Of a DNA stretch of 32,000 nucleotides, positions 29,821 to 32,000 are shown in pieces (positions within the stretch are counted from its first letter, which is position 1; the number at the start of each line of letters is the position of its first letter). The DNA comes from Pseudomonas aeruginosa. Its GTDB lineage: Bacteria > Pseudomonadota > Gammaproteobacteria > Pseudomonadales > Pseudomonadaceae. Where the stretch lies: the NCBI RefSeq assembly GCF_001457615.1, contig NZ_LN831024.1, positions 450,001-482,000 on the forward strand. Reading direction: 5' to 3'. Under the pieces are notes generated by a model, which made no database searches, had not been told where the DNA came from, and was given only the letters and a program-made list of their open reading frames with translations. Position numbers and translations under genes: made by a program.

Positions 29821-29904
29821 GAGGGGCTACCTGGCAAGACTGGGCGTCGCCGCACGCCCGGATTTGCTGGTAGCCTTGGTTGAATTCGCAGTAATGGATC
29901 GCAC

Positions 29905-30525
29905 ATGGGCACACACAAGATCGAGATCCGCCGCCGCAACGTCGAGAAGATTCTCCTGGCCGCCGAAAAAGTCTTCGCCGAAAAAGGCTACGCCGGCACC
30001 TCCATGGGCAACATCGCCGAAGAAGCCGAACTGCCGCGCTCCAACCTGCACTACTACTTCAGCACCAAGGACGAGCTGTACCGCGACGTCCTCCTCGGCC
30101 TGCTCGAGGTCTGGAAGCAGGACGCCCTCTGCTTCGAGATGTTCGATGACCCAAGGGTGGTATTGACCAGCTATATCCGCGCGAAGATGAACCATTCGCG
30201 CACCCGCCCGCATGGCTCCAAGGTCTGGGCCAACGAAATCATGCATGGCGCGCCGCTGCTCGGCGCCACCCTCGACGACAGCCTCTACGAATGGGCCAAG
30301 ATGAAGGAGGCGAAGATCCGCCAGTGGGTCGAGGAAAAGCGCATCCTGTCGATCGAACCGAGCAGCCTGCTCTACATGATCTGGGCCTCCACCCAGCACT
30401 ACGCCGACTTCGGCTACCAGGTCGAGGTGCTCAACGGCCACCAGCCGCTCAGCGACATGCAGTTCGAAAGGGCGGTGCAGACGGTGACCAGCGTGGTCCT
30501 GCGCGGAATCGGATTGGAGCCCTGA
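29905..30525 (+). CDS. TetR-family transcriptional regulator, RutR-like
   Basis: 206 aa; HTH RNVEKILLAAEKVFAEKGYAGTSMGNIAEEAELPRSNLHYYFSTKDELYRDVL; adjacent to codA (pyrimidine salvage). Confidence 0.92.
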   Translation: MGTHKIEIRRRNVEKILLAAEKVFAEKGYAGTSMGNIAEEAELPRSNLHYYFSTKDELYRDVLLGLLEVWKQDALCFEMFDDPRVVLTSYIRAKMNHSRTRPHGSKVWANEIMHGAPLLGATLDDSLYEWAKMKEAKIRQWVEEKRILSIEPSSLLYMIWASTQHYADFGYQVEVLNGHQPLSDMQFERAVQTVTSVVLRGIGLEP

Positions 30526-30530
30526 GCAGC

Positions 30531-30552
30531 GGAGCCTTCGCTAGAAGGCTCC
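30531..30552. terminator. Hairpin between convergent tetR-family gene and codA, possible bidirectional terminator
   Basis: GGAGCCTTC-GCTA-GAAGGCTCC perfect 9-bp stem in the 36-bp gap between convergent stops; no good T-tract. Confidence 0.5.
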
Positions 30553-30561
30553 GGCGAAGGC

Positions 30562-31833
30562 TCAGCTGGCGCGGGTGAAGTCCACCGCTTCAGCCTGTTC
30601 GAGGAACACCGTGGTCTGCGCCGGGACCGTCTCGGCGAGCAGCCGTCCGCCGCGGATCGAGTAGCGCACCGGGACCTGCCGGCGCACCGCGTCGAAGCCG
30701 TCGCGGGCCGGCAGCACCAGCAGGTTGGCCGGATGGCCGACCTCGATGCCGTATTCCCGCAGGCCGAGGGTGCGGGCGCTGTTGCGGGTGATCAGGTCGA
30801 GGCCGCCGTCGATCTCGTCGTAGCCCATCATCTGCGTCACGTGCAGGCCCATGTGCAGCACCTGCAGCATGTTCGCGGTGCCCAGCGGGTACCAGGGGTC
30901 GAACACGTCGTCGTGGCCGAAGCAGGTGTTGATCCCGGCACCGAGCAGTTCCTTGACCCGGGTGATGCCGCGGCGCTTCGGGTAGTCGTCGAAGCGACCC
31001 TGCAGGTGGATGTTCACCAGCGGGTTGGCGACGAAGTTGATTCCCGACAGTTTCAGCAGGCGGAACAGCCGCGAGGTGTAGGCGCCGTTGTAGGAGTGCA
31101 TCGCCGTGGTGTGGCTGGCGGTGACCCGTGCGCCGAGGCCGTCGCGATGGGCGAGCATGGCCAGGGTCTCGAGGAAGCGCGACTGCTCGTCGTCGATCTC
31201 GTCGCAATGCACGTCCACTGGCAGGTCGTAGCGCTTGGCCAGGTCGATGGCCTTGTGCAGCGACTCGACGCCCAGCTCGCGGGTGAATTCGAAATGCGGG
31301 ATCGCCCCCACCACGTCGGCGCCCAGGCGCAGCGACTCCTCCAGCAGTTCCAGGCCGTTGGGGTAGGAGAGAATGCCCTCCTGAGGGAAGGCGACGATCT
31401 GCAGGTCGACCCAGGGCGCCACTTCGCCGCGCACCTCGAGCATGGCCTTGAGCGCGGTGAGGGTCGGGTCGGAGACGTCGACGTGGCTGCGCACGTGCTG
31501 CACGCCGTTGGCGATCTGCCATTTCAGGGTCTGCCAGGCGCGCTGCTTGACGTCCTCGTGGCTGAGCAGGGCCTTGCGCTGGGCCCAGCGCTCGATGCCT
31601 TCGAACAGCGTGCCGGAGCGGTTCCACTCCGGCTGGCCGGCGGTCTGGGTGGTGTCGAGGTGGATGTGCGGCTCGATGAACGGCGGCACGGCAAGACCGC
31701 CGGCGCCGTCCAGGCGCTCGCCGGCGTCGTCGGCGGCCTGTTCCATCGGCACCAGGGCGGCGATACGGCCATCGGCGACGCGCAGTTGCCAGAGACCTTC
31801 GCGGCCGCGCAGGCGCAGGTTGTCAATCAGCAT
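30562..31833 (-). CDS. codA: Cytosine deaminase
   Basis: 423 aa [27 protein letters not shown]...; amidohydrolase motifs [47 protein letters not shown]. Confidence 0.96.
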   Translation of the reverse strand: MLIDNLRLRGREGLWQLRVADGRIAALVPMEQAADDAGERLDGAGGLAVPPFIEPHIHLDTTQTAGQPEWNRSGTLFEGIERWAQRKALLSHEDVKQRAWQTLKWQIANGVQHVRSHVDVSDPTLTALKAMLEVRGEVAPWVDLQIVAFPQEGILSYPNGLELLEESLRLGADVVGAIPHFEFTRELGVESLHKAIDLAKRYDLPVDVHCDEIDDEQSRFLETLAMLAHRDGLGARVTASHTTAMHSYNGAYTSRLFRLLKLSGINFVANPLVNIHLQGRFDDYPKRRGITRVKELLGAGINTCFGHDDVFDPWYPLGTANMLQVLHMGLHVTQMMGYDEIDGGLDLITRNSARTLGLREYGIEVGHPANLLVLPARDGFDAVRRQVPVRYSIRGGRLLAETVPAQTTVFLEQAEAVDFTRAS

Positions 31834-32000
31834 GGAGGACCTCTTCTGGTTTGTTCGGGCTGCGGCTCAGCAGGGGATTGAGCAGCAGGTAGGCGATGGC
31901 GGCGCCGAGCACCGCGTTGACCGGCACTATCCCCGGCAGCCAGTGGCCGGCGGCGGTGCCGCAGGCGACGGCGAGGATCGCCGCCCAGTTGATCGCCTGG
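31823..32000 (-). CDS. codB: Cytosine permease, C-terminal fragment (runs off right window edge)
   Basis: Minus-strand translation ...[58 protein letters not shown], hydrophobic, overlapping the codA start by 11 bp. Gene identity is partly from context. Confidence 0.8.
   Translation of the reverse strand, partial: QAINWAAILAVACGTAAGHWLPGIVPVNAVLGAAIAYLLLNPLLSRSPNKPEEVLHAD

Overview
The whole window reads as conserved core chromosome of Pseudomonas aeruginosa; I recognise the genes from protein sequence and gene order. Left to right: the 3' part of chpA, then chpB-chpC-chpD-chpE (Chp chemosensory system); a hypothetical protein, rsmE and bioA on the minus strand; an FAD amine oxidase, a cytochrome b561 and a YceI/PasP periplasmic protein; mexR with the divergent mexA-mexB-oprM efflux operon; a RhlE-type DEAD-box helicase with a long low-complexity tail; and, on the minus strand, a methionine-cycle cluster sahH - HD-domain protein - metF - glycosyltransferase-like protein. 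That cluster is preceded by an SAH riboswitch whose base-pairing can be read in the sequence. The right end holds a DUF2946-like protein, a TonB-dependent receptor, a PepSY protein, a TetR-family regulator, codA and the 3' end of codB. I see no prophage, transposon, CRISPR array or obvious undescribed multi-gene system. The most interesting items are non-coding or contextual: a ~58-nt nested hairpin just upstream of the TonB receptor, a 12-bp hairpin in the mexA leader, an AT-rich dyad upstream of the cytochrome b561/pasP pair, a stand-alone alarmone-hydrolase-like HD protein inside the SAH/metF cluster, and a long dyad upstream of the TetR-family gene. No database searches or folding software were run.
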